DNA of 63,849 nt, filler included, from Octopus bimaculoides (Eukaryota), in assembly GCF_001194135.2 (NCBI RefSeq). It is 3 parts of 3 records of this genome, joined end to end, with 100 filler letters (N's around TTAATTAATTAA, not from the genome) between each part and the next. Parts side by side here need not be neighbours in the genome. Positions count along the whole stretch, not along the records: positions 1 to 30,421 come from NC_069000.1; 2 more parts are not named here. The stretch is one strand, 5' to 3'. Below the pieces are notes generated by a model that saw nothing but the letters and a program-made list of their open reading frames with translations, made no database searches and was not told the DNA's origin. The position numbers and the translations under genes are program-made. Below, one piece after another: positions 12,771-26,978 of this stretch; within the stretch, counting starts at the first letter, position 1, and each line of letters opens with the position of its first letter.

Positions 12771-13180
12771 AAGCACCGGCACGGCTTATTGGTACAGGTA
12801 TCGTTGTGTAGTTCTTAACCACACAACTAAGATTTCGGGTTCAGTTCCACTGTGCGGCACCTTGGGCAAGTGCCTTCTACTATAGCCCCGGGCCTTGTGA
12901 ATTTGGTAGACGAAGATTGGTCTGGATTGGTTTGATGTGGAAGATTGTAACACACCCACAAGTATCTTTGTGATCTTTGTTCACCTTATTACCGCTTCAC
13001 ACCCGGTGTTGGTATGTTCACGTCTCCGTAACTCACCGGTTCGGCCTAAGGAACCAATAGAATAATTACCGAGACTTACAAGAAAAAAACAAAACAAAAC
13101 AAATAATAATAATAAGTACCAGAGTCAATTTGTTCGACAAACCATTAAAAGGGATGTCCCAGCATGGTCGCAGCCAAACC
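12735..13180 (+). mobile_element. Family-A SINE, diverged, in calponin intron
   Basis: gggttcagttccactgtgcggcaccttgggcaagtgccttctactatagccccggg...ccagcatggtcgcag. Other copies or fragments at about 840-1060(+), 10825-11030(+), 24230-24545(-), 44590-44990(-), 55820-56170(+), 58882-59165(+), 61275-61460(-) and 62440-62650(-). Confidence 0.8.
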
Positions 13181-13234
13181 ACTCATGAGTGTACGTGTAG
13201 TGTATGTTGATGACTGAAGATTAATATTACTTAC

Positions 13235-13365
13235 TTGACGAGGACAACGCCACTTTTAAGATGTTTTTCCACTTCATATGGGCCGGCTCCAATATCCTCA
13301 TCCAACAGTTGTTTGATCCAATTCCGAACTTCTTGTTCGGCACTGGTGTCGTATTTTGAGAGCAC
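13235..13365 (-). CDS. Calponin-like protein exon (N-terminal part of CH domain)
   Basis: tttcAG acceptor and GTAAGT donor. 131 nt (43 codons+2) = VLSKYDTSAEQEVRNWIKQLLDEDIGAGPYEVEKHLKSGVVLV(K), with KYD...E..WI and LK.GV.L CH motifs. Not in the ORF track in this frame. Confidence 0.92.
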
Positions 13366-14594
13366 CTGAAATCATAAGAAACATAGAGATTGTTAGATAT
13401 TTTTTTCTGACTTCGGTTACGTTTGTTTGTAATGGATTTCACACACGTAGACAATCGATACAGACGCAAAAAAACAACAACAAAAAAAAAAACAACCTTT
13501 TAGTTGAGAGAATCCTGTACGCGGTCGCTCGAAATAACTCTTAGCCAGCCCTCTCCCTCAGATAACAACTTTACCGACTTAAAATGAAATGTATGAAAGG
13601 TGTATTGTTCAAAGTGGTCTGAGATACAGGGTAAGAAGGAGAACTACAACATCAGGAATATCAACAATATCTACAGTAACAGTAACAACAAAAACAACGA
13701 ACACAACAACAACAACAACAACAACAACAGTGACGGCAATGACGTCAGCACATTCGGGAAATACAAACCAGTGTGGATCCCACTACCTGGTCGTTCGAAT
13801 AGCTAGAAATGACAGCCAAATCTTTCTATGATTATACTCCCCCCACCGATTAAAAAATCTTGAAGATCAAGGTATATACTACGGGATGGTATATACTTTG
13901 ATACCATTGCGAATGGAAGAAGAGAAACAAATAAAGCAAGGTTGTCATTGTTATGATCAGAATATATTCTTTCTCTCTTTTCATCACCTTGTACTTCTCT
14001 CGACCAAATACACGCAAAATTGCCCACATAATCCAATCAACCTTTCCATTGGTCAAATTTGATAAACAGCTCTCACTTATACATCTGATACTTCCAACGT
14101 TAATACCATATCACCTGAGGAAATACACGCACGAATATGATCCACACTTTGTCCATGGATACTACGGACTGTACCGTAATCATCCCAGGAATACGGTCTA
14201 TGATCGTAAGATATGTGGAAACGCGCGTAGCGATGCATTAAAATATGCATGAATTGCATCCATGGGTTATTATCATTATTATCATCATTATTATTACTAT
14301 GTATATATATATATATTTTAAAGCCGAAAAGATCTTCACACACACACATTTGCGCGCGCGCGCCCTCGGCAAGATTCTGAGCAGTTTCCTTCCCTTAAAT
14401 TCTTTGTCTCATGTAACGCTCAGCAGGAATAAACCTGGATACAGGTGGTTCCTAGCAAGTGAACTGCTATATTACAAGAACAGCAGCATTCATGCTGAGG
14501 GGCAGTTCTCATCTCCCATACACGAGTATAATGCGAAATCACCACCATTATCGCGAGCAGCAGCAGGAGCAGCAGCAGCAGCAATAATCCTCCC

Positions 14595-14651
<57 letters not shown>

Positions 14652-15523
14652 CTTGCATCTATAATTCATATTGCTTCACAGTGAAATATTTCCCAGGTGA
14701 GGCGTTTATTTTTTTTGTTAATTAGCTGGTTTGCTTGCAGCTGTGCTCTGTTCTAATCAGTAATACAACCACAGAGGCCGCCTGTGCGAAGCTCAAACGT
14801 AGGACTAAGCCAGGTGTGAAATGTAGGACCTATTTTCTACAACTCGTTAATTATTTTAAGCAACCAGTGATGAACAGGTATGGTTTATAAATGGATTACA
14901 GTATATACTTGTCCATTTATATACTTGCACATGATATATTTACAAGTAACATAACACAATAAAACATTAAAACGATATATATATATATATATATATATCA
15001 AGGAGCTACAATCCTTTAAGGGATGCTAGCATCCTAGTCTTCCAGTTTATATTTGTGTTCAGTGAAAACTAAATCGCACACAACTGAGTCTGTCGTAGGT
15101 CAACCAAACACGTTGAAATGTAACTCCCTGTTGGAAAATTCTTTCCTGATGAAATATCCAATCAACCAGTTCCAATACGAAAATTTAAATTAAATTAATT
15201 TAATTTAATTTCTGAAAATGAACTAATTGCATATGGAAAAGGCTGTAGGACAGGAATTTCATTATATAGGTTTGAATATCTTTGAATAAACTGATGTCTG
15301 CAAATCAATTTCTCCATTTTTTTCCCCTTTTCTCATAACTTTTCTTTCTCTTATATATATGACTTGGTAATCCTTTATTCCAAATGTTACATATGTTTTA
15401 GTATTCGGTTCAGTGTTTGGCAACACGTAACGTCATACAAAGGATGTAACCAGTAGGTGCAACTTATAAGGAAATCGTGGAGCAAAAGTCAATCGATAAA
15501 GTGCCTAGTGCATCTAATCGTAC

Positions 15524-15558
<35 letters not shown>

Positions 15559-18500
15559 GATTGGGCTCAATAGTGGGTTCCACACTCCACTCTAGTATCT
15601 AGTGTAATGCGACGCGGGAATCAACATCGAAATAGGCTGCGGGACACTGATGAGCTGTATGCATGATTGCATATTGTGTCTACAAATGATATGTAATTAT
15701 TACGGCATTTTGGGGAAACTCGTATCTGTCTGTCTGTCTGTCTGCCTGTCTATATGTTTGTTTGTCTATCTGTCTGTTTATCTATCTGTCTGTCTATCTA
15801 TCAGTCTGTCTCTGTATATGTATGTTTGTATGTACAAATACACACACACACACACACACACAAAGACAGTTGAGAGCAGGTCTAAACTACACTCGAATTA
15901 AACCCATTCGCTACATTCAGGTTCATCGCTTGCGCTTTTGAATTCAAAACCGCCCCTAGTGTTAGTAATATCCACAAGGATTGTTTTAAAAATCTATACG
16001 CTGCTTAAAAGCTATGCTCCATTGTTGGTAAAAAAAAAAGAAAAACAATTCACGATCTCAGAAAAAAATCAGAAAGAAATCCCAAAGAGATTTTTTTTTT
16101 TGTATGGTTTTCTCGCATTTTCGTTTAACTTGTTTCTAGTCAGCGGTTTTCTTCTTTCTGAAAACGAAGTATCCCTTTTTTGTTTCCTGTAGCTTGACCG
16201 TGGCTAGTTTCTCGTTCAGCTTGGTCGTGGCTAAAACCTTGTTTGCGCATTTTCAGTTTATTATTTATCTGTTTTTAAGATTTGAAATCAAACATCCAGC
16301 AATTACTGAGTAAAATTTCATCAAAAACATGTTTTTTTTTTAATGATTTATGATCTTCAAGTGAAAACCCCTAATTACTGATTAAAATCCAAAACTAAAT
16401 CTTCAGTAGCAGTTCTATCTCCAAGTTTTGAGGTAGCTTTAGAACTAGGCCTTGACTTGAATTCAGTAACGTTAAGACAGGGGTTTTGTAGTAACGATAC
16501 CATTACATGTTTGATACCTCTCTCAGGACCCCGGCCCCAGTATCTAGGTGAATTGAGTGAATTAAAATATTTAGAATTACAGTACCTAGAGCACACAGTC
16601 GAACATGTTACAGCTCAGGTGGGCGACTAGGCCACGGTCTCCATCCGTAATACATAGAAATGATAGTTCTTAAAAACGAGCCAGTGTTACAACTTCCTTT
16701 GTCACTTTCTTTAGAAAGGAAGGTGGACATTCTGTGGTTGTATTTATTGACATTATTGTTTTTCGTTTCGGTATGGTTTTGTATTTTACTCCCCCACCTC
16801 GTTCCGCCAATTCATCAAACCTTTGTCATAGAATCAAATTGCAATTGACACTGGTGCAAGCATGCAAAAGCACGTACATACACATAGACACACGAACGCT
16901 GTTTGAGAAGTGAAAACATGTCTTATACATATTGTCATAGACATAAATACGAACACTTTTACGTAAGCAGGACCTTCACTATCGCATGAAACGTAACACT
17001 AGATAAACCAGCGAGTGAGTCTCTTCGTAGTCTTATGTCTTGATTAATACAGTAACGGAATATTCCTAAATACGAACCCTAACGTCTTAAAAAAAAGACA
17101 TGTTGGACAATTTAGTTCAAAATACACAAAAGTACAGGATGGTAACTGATGAAGCGGCTTTGATCTGAGATGACTTCAGGCTAAACAAGAAAAGCGACCG
17201 TACATTAGAATTAATAAGCTTTACTTTCTTTTTAATTAACAATCGGCTGTCGTATACTTAATAGTTTTACTGTTGACTACCACCACTTCACCACCATCAC
17301 CACAAGGCCCAGCCCTTACTGCAGTGTGATGGCTTGTGTGCCACAATGATACAGAGAGCTATGCCAGCGGAGCTATGTCCTTGTAGGGCCTCATAGTCTG
17401 AACAGGTCAAACGATCGAGGCCAGACTAATACGGATCACCTCCATACGGACCATCGTCCATCTTTGTTTTCCTGCACGGACGTGCAAAGGACTGGACATT
17501 TTTTCTCTCTCTCTTCTATCTTTTCTCTTTTCAAAGAAAATGTTTATTCCAACGTTCACTATTTTCCTCTCGTTCTGGTCTAACGACCTTCCATTTTTGT
17601 TTTCGTTCGGTTTTGTCTCCACATGTTCTGTTTTTGTTCCCAACTTTGAGTCTCCATAAACCCTAAATTTTATTTTGGAATTTATGGGAGCAACTGTCTT
17701 TGAAGACATATTGTCGTTGAATGCTCGAAACGAGGAGTAGATAGACAGCCGACAACTGATGAAGGGTCGTTCTGTGTTTACTTGTCCTGTTTTCCATTTT
17801 TTCTGTCTCGTTGTTTGCGTATTTAATTCGTTTATTTTCGTATTTCATATTTACACAGTTGGTGACGTCCTGTACCCATATATCCACGCACACACACACA
17901 CACACACATACACACACAAATATTAGTCAGTGACCAATATATTTGTTGATCATTTTAGTAAGTGTAGGAGATAACTCCAGACATGATTCGATATTATTAT
18001 TTATGACCTCATCAGATATTTTAGTGTATAGATCAACGAAGAAGCCATTATTTTGTTGTTCGACCTTTATGAAATAACAATCCCCATATCACACTCCACG
18101 ATCCTAAAAAGTAAAAGCAGGCAAGATAATGTAGTTCTAGATAACTAAATAACAGACAGTATGGTCACGGCTGGAAAGCCTTTGATCATGGGTCCATCGG
18201 AATTGATTTATATAAGGAAAGAAAGGAAAGTATTAGACAAGACTCGAAAGCTCCTTTATATTCCCTTCTGGTAGCTTCGTAGGGCTGTTTTAACAGCATT
18301 ATTGGTTCCCGGACAAATCAATGCACTAGGTTCTATAGGATTTATTGACATCAAGCCACAACATACATAGATCAGAAGCGTATCTTTAGATCCGTGAAGA
18401 ATCCGGGCAACTTCCCAGTGTGTTTATGCCTTATGGTGGCACAGGGCTGTTGTGCAGTCATTTGAGAACGGTACGGTGAAAATACTTGGGCACTTGTTTA

Positions 18501-20246
18501 AGGATTCTTAATCCTTATCAATTTTTTTTTTCTTGCGCGTACCCAAAGAACCGTTCTTCTGGTGACATGTGGCAGGGTTTGAACTTAGAACGCTCACAGC
18601 CGGATCAGATACCGCAACGTATCCCGCCAGTCCCCTTTTAAAACAATTCCTGTCAACTTCGAAAGGTTAAAAGACAAATTTGACCTCGGGTAGGATTTGA
18701 TCTCAGGGCACAGGGAGCCGGATCAAATACCGCAAGACATTCTATCCGATGCTGTAAGGATTCTACCAGGCTGCCACTGGTGATGACCCAGAGTCTAGAT
18801 AACACCAGCAACAACAACGACTGGTTAGCAAAGAAAAATAGAATTGTTTAAAGGAATAAATAAGACAACATGGATGACTATTTTTTCGCTTGACCTCCAA
18901 ATAAAAGTGAAACGTTCGTAGTTACTTCTCTTGTTTACTGATGTAACACGGAAACAGAGAAACGAAAAAAATGGTCAAAGAGCCGTACATTAATGACCAC
19001 AAAGGTCGAAATGTGTTAATTTCACGAATATATTCGTTTCTGGATGTTTCCTTCTACGTTAATACCAGAGTGTCGAATCTAGAACACAACGAAGTCATTT
19101 TTTTGTTTTCTTTACTGGATAGACACGGACTGAAAGATTTCTAGAGATATAAAAGTAAGGATTGTAATGTTCACGTCTTTCCAGATTTATTAGAAACGAT
19201 AAATGAACGAAAATTGCTACAGTTGGAATTAGAAAACAGATTTGCATTTTCGGCCTTTTGGAAAAATAGCGTCTTTGTAACAGTTTTCACACACTTATAT
19301 ACACACACTTATATACACACACTTATATACACACACTTATATTGACAATTGAGATTCTTCGACAGGGAAAAGAAAAAGAAATCTTAATGTGAATTTTGAA
19401 AATTCACTTTGTAAACGGGAAAGTAAAAATATGCAAGATGTTTCTAAAGTTCTGTTTTGTGAGGCTATATTTCTGTGGCGATAATCTTGTTTCTTGGAGA
19501 CACGTTGTTGCAGGAATGTTAATACAAAAGTAACCTTCCACCCACCCACGCCAAAAAACGACNNNNNNNNNNCCCAAAAAAAAACAAAATAAAGTAAAAC
19601 CAAACACACTCGCATATATACGTACAAAATTTTCAATTTAATGTTGATATACTTAAAAAAAAGCGATAGTAACATTTCACTATCTGTGGTATAAAGCAAT
19701 TAATTAATTTGAAATTATTAATATTCAACAAAAGCTTTGAGATTAATAAATAAAAAAGGACAAGAATTCATAACTGATCGAATGTCGCTATCAGGTTGAG
19801 AAGATAAAAACAAACAAACAAACCAACTCGCCATAAAAAGAAGAGATGCAATTATTGTGATCCCTACCTACCTAAATGTACCTAAATATTGACGTAAGTT
19901 GACCTAACTAAAGATTTTGCAGTGTTATGACGTCACACGGGATGTAAAGAGGGTAAGCAATATGAGATCCGAAATTAGAAGGGTAAATGGTTGTCTATGG
20001 TATGCTATTGTTTCTGTTGTACATATAGATATATAAACATGACCAACACTGACTATCTACATACACAGAAACATACAAATAAGCAAACATTGTTTATTTT
20101 TTTTCAGTTGAGCTCTGTTATATGCTCAATCTGACATGATTGGAAATCGAACTCACGACCACGAGCCGAATACCCTAACCACTAAACCACGCATCTTCAT
20201 TCCTCACACGCACAAACATCAATCATACCATTTCTCATACAGAAAA

Positions 20247-20461
20247 AGGCGGCGAGCTGCCAGAAACGTTAGCACGCCGGGCGGAATGCTTTGCAATATT
20301 TCGTCTGTCTTTACGTTCTGAGTAAAAATTCCGTCAGAGGTCGACTTTGCCTTTCATCCTTTCGGGGTCAATAAATTAAGTACCAGTTCCGTACTGGGGT
20401 CGATCTAATCGACTGGCCTCCTCTCCCAAAATTTCGGGCCTTGTGCCTAGAGTAGAAAAGA
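20247..20461 (+). mobile_element. Young SINE (family B), full length
   Basis: Perfect 17-bp target duplication ATTTCTCATACAGAAAA (20230-20246 / 20462-20478); CpGs retained; core gtcgactttgcctttcatcctttcggggtcaataaattaagtaccag. Confidence 0.9.
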
Positions 20462-23289
20462 ATTTCTCATACAGAAAATTATTATGAAGCTTTAAGTATC
20501 AAAGATATTGATGAAAAGGTAATAGCTTTTATCAATTTCTGGATGATGAGAACTAATTGGATCCAGTCTCTCTTCTGGGAACACCCAAAAGAATAACTGT
20601 ATTTAGTACTGTACGTTAAAGAAATGTTCAGTGGGGTTGTTTCAATAGAGAAATGTCTNNNNNNNNNNNNNNNNNNNNNNNNNNNNNNNNNNNNNNNNNN
20701 NNNNNNNNNNNNNNNNNNNNNNNNNNNNNNNNNNNNNNNNNNNNNNNNNNNNNNNNNNNNNNNNNNNNNNNNNNNNNNNNNNNNNNNNNNNNNNNNNNNN
20801 NNNNNNNNNNNNNNNNNNNNNNNNNNNNNNNNNNNNNNNNNNNNNNNNNNNNNNNNNNNNNNNNNNNNNNNNNNNNNNNNNNNNNNNNNNNNNNNNNNNN
20901 NNNNNNNNNNNNNNNNNNNNNNNNNNNNNNNNNNNNNNNNNNNNNNNNNNNNNNNNNNNNNNNNNNNNNNNNNNNNNNNNNNNNNNNNNNNNNNNNNNNN
21001 NNNNNNNNNNNNNNNNNNNNNNNNNNNNNNNNNNNNNNNNNNNNNNNNNNNNNNNNNNNNNNNNNNNNNNNNNNNNNNNNNNNNNNNNNNNNNNNNNNNN
21101 NNNNNNNNNNNNNNNNNNNNNNNNNNNNNNNNNNNNNNNNNNNNNNNNNNNNNNNNNNNNNNNNNNNNNNNNNNNNNNNNNNNNNNNNNNNNNNNNNNNN
21201 NNNNNNNNNNNNNNNNNNNNNNGAGAGAGGGCTAGAGAGAGAAGGGGAGAGAGTGCGTATCCTTTACACAACATTAAACTTTTATTAATCGAACAACTAA
21301 TCACTGGTACAGTGACGATTTTTCAAAAATTCTCCACCTGAGTTCCATAGAGGGACCAAACACTCTCGAACACAGATATTTGATGTTGTGTAACATCTAA
21401 AAAAAAAAAGAGACTTATTTTAAGAGATAGGAGAGATGATATTGTGTGAATTTTCATGTCCTTACTAGACGCATTAACGGTTTTGACTGACCATGGTCGT
21501 TTTACTCAATCCCAGAATAAGATTGGGATTAAGGGGAAAGAATCAGGATCATCATATACATAGATAAGAAGTTAAGTGCATCTACACATTTATTGATCGC
21601 TACACAGTCTAACTTATATACAAGCATAGGTTGACGTAGACACATTCCATGACTGAAGCAGTAAAAAGACATGAGTTGTATAGTAGTTACTATTGTCTAA
21701 AACCCGGTGAGGAAACATGGTTTCTTTTATTGGACACTAGCTCATTTCTTATTTAATTAAAGAATAAAAATAAAACTAAATTGAAAAGGAGCGATTTCCG
21801 ATTATTTGAAGCAAAATCTGTTTTATGTTATACAGATTTAAGGTTTAATTTTATACATGTAAATCAACAGCTCTCTTTGTTATAACAACGAACGTCGGGC
21901 TGTTATCTTAAAATAGCTAGAATTCTTAGAGACAGAATTTCAGAGATTACATTCTTCAAACATAATATCATAATATACACTTCACTTAAAAACAAAAAAT
22001 AAAGCTTTCTAATAAGGTTCAACACTCGAAAGAAGTTACTGTTGTCTAATCATCAACAGACGATTCTAGTCTATTATAGAACAACTCCGATTTTGTTGGC
22101 AGTTGTTCAACAAAGCTAAATATAGTAAAGGCAATTAGTTAATCATCCAGCTACACATTAAACATCCATACTTGCCTTCATCCATCCTTAATACAACAAG
22201 ACATTGCTTACTCGTTAACTATGACTCAAGGAAAAGACATCACAACTATTTGGAATCTCTAGATACCAGTCTTTTAAGAGTAAACTATAAGTACAATCTT
22301 AAAGTTGTCATCAGCGAAATATATAGGAGTAAAAATAATTAGTCATAAGACGTTTACCGAACTGTATTACATCAAAGAGAAAAATGCCTGCTCTTAAATA
22401 TATTTAGAAACATTTCTTGTCAAACGTTTTAAGGAATTGCGTTGATTTTAATCGGAGTTTTATCTATATGACTGAAGACAGAACATAGTTAATACTGTAT
22501 CAGTAGGGAAGCTGCAGGTTATGGAAACGCCATCGATCGATTGAGAGAACTACTGAAGAAATAGGAAAGGAAAACTAAACTACGCTGAGCGAACGCAACA
22601 GTATGGTGCCTGATAACAAAAAAGTAGAATAAGATGTTCTCATTCTGTACAAAGAATCCTACGGATATGTCTAAATAGTCAGGAATGCCGATAACGAATT
22701 GGTAGTATAAACGGAAAAAAATGATAAATACCCAGACACGTTAGAATGCTGAATTAAATACAAAACATGTGGTTCGTACAACATAATTTTATCAGAGAAA
22801 TTTCCTAAAGTTTGTTACTGGATCATAAGTTTTAGTTTAGCTTCTCATACAATGTTATTAGAATATCACTGAGTTTGATGTTTGGAAGCTTGACAAACAC
22901 CTGGTGATCACTTCTGAAGGTAAAGAGCTCAAGGATTGGTTCCCAACGTTATTTTCCCAATAAATTTTCCAAGTTGGTAATCTCTTTATTCTTATTTTGT
23001 AACTACAATATTAATTATTATACTATTATTATAATCAAAATATTAATGAAGTCCAATACGTAAAGGACCAGATCTTCAACAACAAAGAAAACCAATGTTA
23101 TCAATGAACTTCATTGTTGATTATAAAGTATTTAGAACGTCAATGAAACAAATTGCAATTGTGTCTTGAGTGTTATTTGGGGGCTAATTTGGGGGCTAAT
23201 TTTAAGTAAATAGAAAACCCAGTCAGGAATCTACGAAAAGAAGAATTTCTGTGGCAAAATACTTCAGTGTTTGTAATATTGTATGCATC

Positions 23290-23950
23290 CATATTACAAT
23301 TTTCAGTTTACACCTAAGACAGTTGGTGCATTTGGTAATGTTACTGAAACTTCAGAAGAGAAACGACTGGTTCAGAATTTCCAAGAGGAGCAGTTGATGT
23401 TTGCAAGATTTACCGAAGTTCAGGATTTGACTGAAGTTGTCTGAACACGAACAAAATGACTTGGCAAATAAGTTAGAAACTAACTTTTATAGTATGGATT
23501 GAACTGATAATTGTATGTGATAATAAAGATGGAATTTGTGATCCAGAGCAAAAGTGTCAAATTCATTGGCCGCTTTCCTTTCTTGTTTAAAACAATGTAT
23601 GTTTACATGCATTTTGATATTGATGATATATAATTATATAACTAGACTATACACAAAGTTCAAAGCATTTCACTTCAAACTAAAGGAAATAAGAAGGTGA
23701 AATATATCAGCAAAACTTTGTGTATGTATCTGTTCCATTTACTGGTATATGATTATAAAATCAACGAAAAGAAGGTATTTTTAGATCAAGGATTATATTT
23801 CGAAGAATACACTTCGGCAAATCAACAAAGAAAAGATGCCTAACAAATATCTTTTAAAAAAACTGTATTAAGTCACGAACGCATAGAACAAAAATTAGCA
23901 AAACACAATCTCTATTGCTAATTACCAAGTCAACAAGTATTAATTATATA
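23290..23950 (+). mobile_element. Possible very old mariner remnant
   Basis: Fragments TVGAFGN, DWFR, LQDLPK and IVCDNK occur in the order of mariner motifs LVEAFGE, RWFQRF, D..R and IVTGDEK; no TIR found. Confidence 0.3.
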
Positions 23951-24643
23951 GTCTAAAGTCTTGGAAAAGGAAAGCTTTTATAGTCGGTTACTTCGAGTTC
24001 TACAGTTTCAATATCGTTGTTATGGGGCTTTAAATTTCTATAATTACTAATATTAAATATCTGACCAATAACCTTGTAAAGTTGAAGTTCGCAGTCCGCC
24101 TTCTAGAATAACCCTGTTTGTAAGTTGGACAACAAAAACATGCGCGAGTTTTGTAAAGTTCAATACACGACTTAAATCCAGTCTTTTCTTTTCTAAGCTC
24201 CGGATCATCCTTAATCGAGCAGATCTATGATCAAAGGGATTCTATTCATGAACATTTCACCTAGGACTACCTAATATATTTTTCCTGTAAACAAACCAAC
24301 AGCGGTGGTCAGACGGCTCGGGTGGGAACAAACAGAGACAAAAAGACTCATAAACATACACAAACACACACACACACATGCACATACACGTACGATAGGC
24401 TTCCACACAGTTTCCAGATCCATTCACAGGGCATTTGTCGACTCGAGGTTGCATTTAGAAAACATTTTGCAAAGTGCCTCGTAGAGAGGCTGAACCCTAA
24501 ACCACTTGATCGTAAAGCGAGTTTGTTAATCACATAGCCACGACTGCATCTATTATTTCCTTTTAAAAAATTGTATTTCATGATATCCAAACAATAAACA
24601 ACATTCGTACGAACGATAACAGATAAAAGCAATAGAAGGAATA

Positions 24644-24917
24644 CAGTAAGCTCTCGCCATATCGCGGTTCACCTATCGCGGTTCACATACCGCGGTTTAT
24701 TATTTAAGCTTACGTCGATTGCTCCGTGGTGCTGTTTTGCATTTATAATAAAATAAATATGTACAAATTATAAAAATAACAAAAAAATATACAGTACAGT
24801 ACTGTCTCTACAAAATAACAAAAAAATATATAGTACAGTACTGTCTCTACTTCGCGGATTTATACCTATCGCGGGGTGTTTTGGGATGTAACATCCGCAA
24901 TAGTCGAAAGATTACTG
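24644..24917. mobile_element. pogo/Tigger-like MITE
   Basis: TA-CAGTAAGCTCTCGCCATATCGCGG ... CCGCAATAGTCGAAAGATTACTG-TA: CAGT/ACTG termini, TA duplication, imperfect TIRs, internal ~39-bp tandem duplication. Confidence 0.75.
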
Positions 24918-25698
24918 TAATACAAACAAGTCAAGGTTGTAGCAAGCTGTATAGAAACCAGATGTTTCCAAGGGAGACTACTCTTCAACATGACTACCGC
25001 CTCTCGAGATTATCTGCTGCTTTAATGAAAGTCAGTATCAGTCGAGAGATGACGATACTATGGCTTGCAGACGGTAGTTAAGTCCCTTCGTTTTCTATGT
25101 TTAAAGACCAGCGAGGTTGATGATATATAAAACGATGTATATAAATTATAGATATTGTGCTACTGAACGTTCTGTTGACTATCACTCACCACCAAATTTG
25201 GTGGGTTTTGTGCTATGACTGAATTGGTTGAGCAACCCCCTCCCCCTCCACAAAGAAACAAAAACAAACAAAACAAATAAATAAACAAATGCATGCGCGC
25301 GCACACAAACACACATTCGCTAGCGCATGCATACGATTAGATCTTCGTTGGTATCGACGATGATTGTTCCAGTTGCTCGATCAAATGAACTGCATACTCT
25401 TTGAGTTATAATGCAGAGGGCCGAATGTTCCACAAACTTTCGTACTGTCAATTATATTCTTATTCAGAATCACCAAAGTCAAACAGTGTGTGCGTGACTG
25501 CGTGACCGCATGACAGGGGCGGCCCTTTAAATTTCAGGCACACTCCAACCGATGGACTTTCACAGTCTTTCGTCAATCCTCTTTTATTTACAAAACTTAG
25601 TTTGACAAAGGATGTCTGGCCAAGATAAAACTCAAGGAGCCCATGATTGTCAAGCGAATTTGCTATTGACACGGTGTCTATACACACATACACACACA

Positions 25699-25740
<42 letters not shown>

Positions 25741-25864
25741 NNNNNNNNNNNNNNNNNNNNNNNNNNNNNNNNNNNNNNNNNNNNNNNNNNNNNNNNNNNN
25801 NNNNNNNNNNNNNNNNNNNNNNNNNNNNNNNNNNNNNNNNNNNNNNNNNNNNNNNNNNNNNNNN

Positions 25865-25953
<89 letters not shown>

Positions 25954-26939
25954 GTTATGCTATATTCCGTTAGGAACGTGGTAGAGTACAGTATAAAGCT
26001 CCTCCATCTTCAGAATTGCCAAGAACTATCCTGTAGTATTATTATATACTTCCAAGTTTGAATATACAGTTGAAGAAATTGTGTGTGTGTATACACATGC
26101 ACACACAAACACGCACATACGCGCGCGCACGCATGCACTCCCATATTATTTATCTATATATACCCATACAGACATGCACGCGTGCACTCAGCCGTAGAGA
26201 GAGATAGATACAGACGCGTTTATTAGATGACTGGATAGACGGAAGATTAAATGAATAGATAAGAAGTAGACAGAAACGTTCCTAATCTTGTAGTAATTTT
26301 AAGTAAAACTATGGTTCACTAAAGGAAAAACGTCTACGCTCTCGAGATAGTTGCATACATCATGGCTGATGTATTTAACTACATATAGAGTGAGTGTCGA
26401 TGTTTTTGTTACGAACCTTTACATCTGAGCTTACATTACGTCAGAATAAAATCGACTCCATTTTTTCATCTTTCAAAGTCGATGAAATAACGTACAAGTC
26501 GACATATTCAATTCTTTTCTCTCTCCCTCGTAAAAGCTTTAGCTTTCTGCTTACGTTAGAACCATATTATCTTCATAATAAGTTCCTGGAAGCATTGGTA
26601 TCAATTTAGACGACAATTACCAGCTAAGTTTACTATATTCGAGTGTTAAATGATATTTATGGTGTTTGTAACGTTCCCCAGAACACAAACGTTTCTCTGT
26701 TGTCAATAGTTTTATTTCAGTTTCTAACAAGATTAGAACTTCTTCAAATTCTTTTCTCTATCTCTTATTTATACCTCCACTAATCGTTTGAATAATCGGA
26801 AACGTGAAACATTTCGATTGTTACGATTTAGGAAGCTTTAGTTTCTAATAAAATATGTACAGTACCCTTAAAGTAACCAGTCCGTCGTTTTCCCGTTAAA
26901 AAAAATACATCATTCATGTTTCTCTCTCCCTCTCTTTCT

Positions 26940-26978
<39 letters not shown>

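Noticed and set aside
17300-17709. ORF 17407-17709 as the calponin first exon
   Set aside because: No calponin N-terminal similarity and no phase-0 donor; it looks like a decayed retroposon tail.
21338-21396. Short minus-strand AG...GT segment (MLHNIKYLCSRVFGPSMELR) as a first exon
   Set aside because: Wrong phase for the VLSKYD exon, weak donor, no homology.
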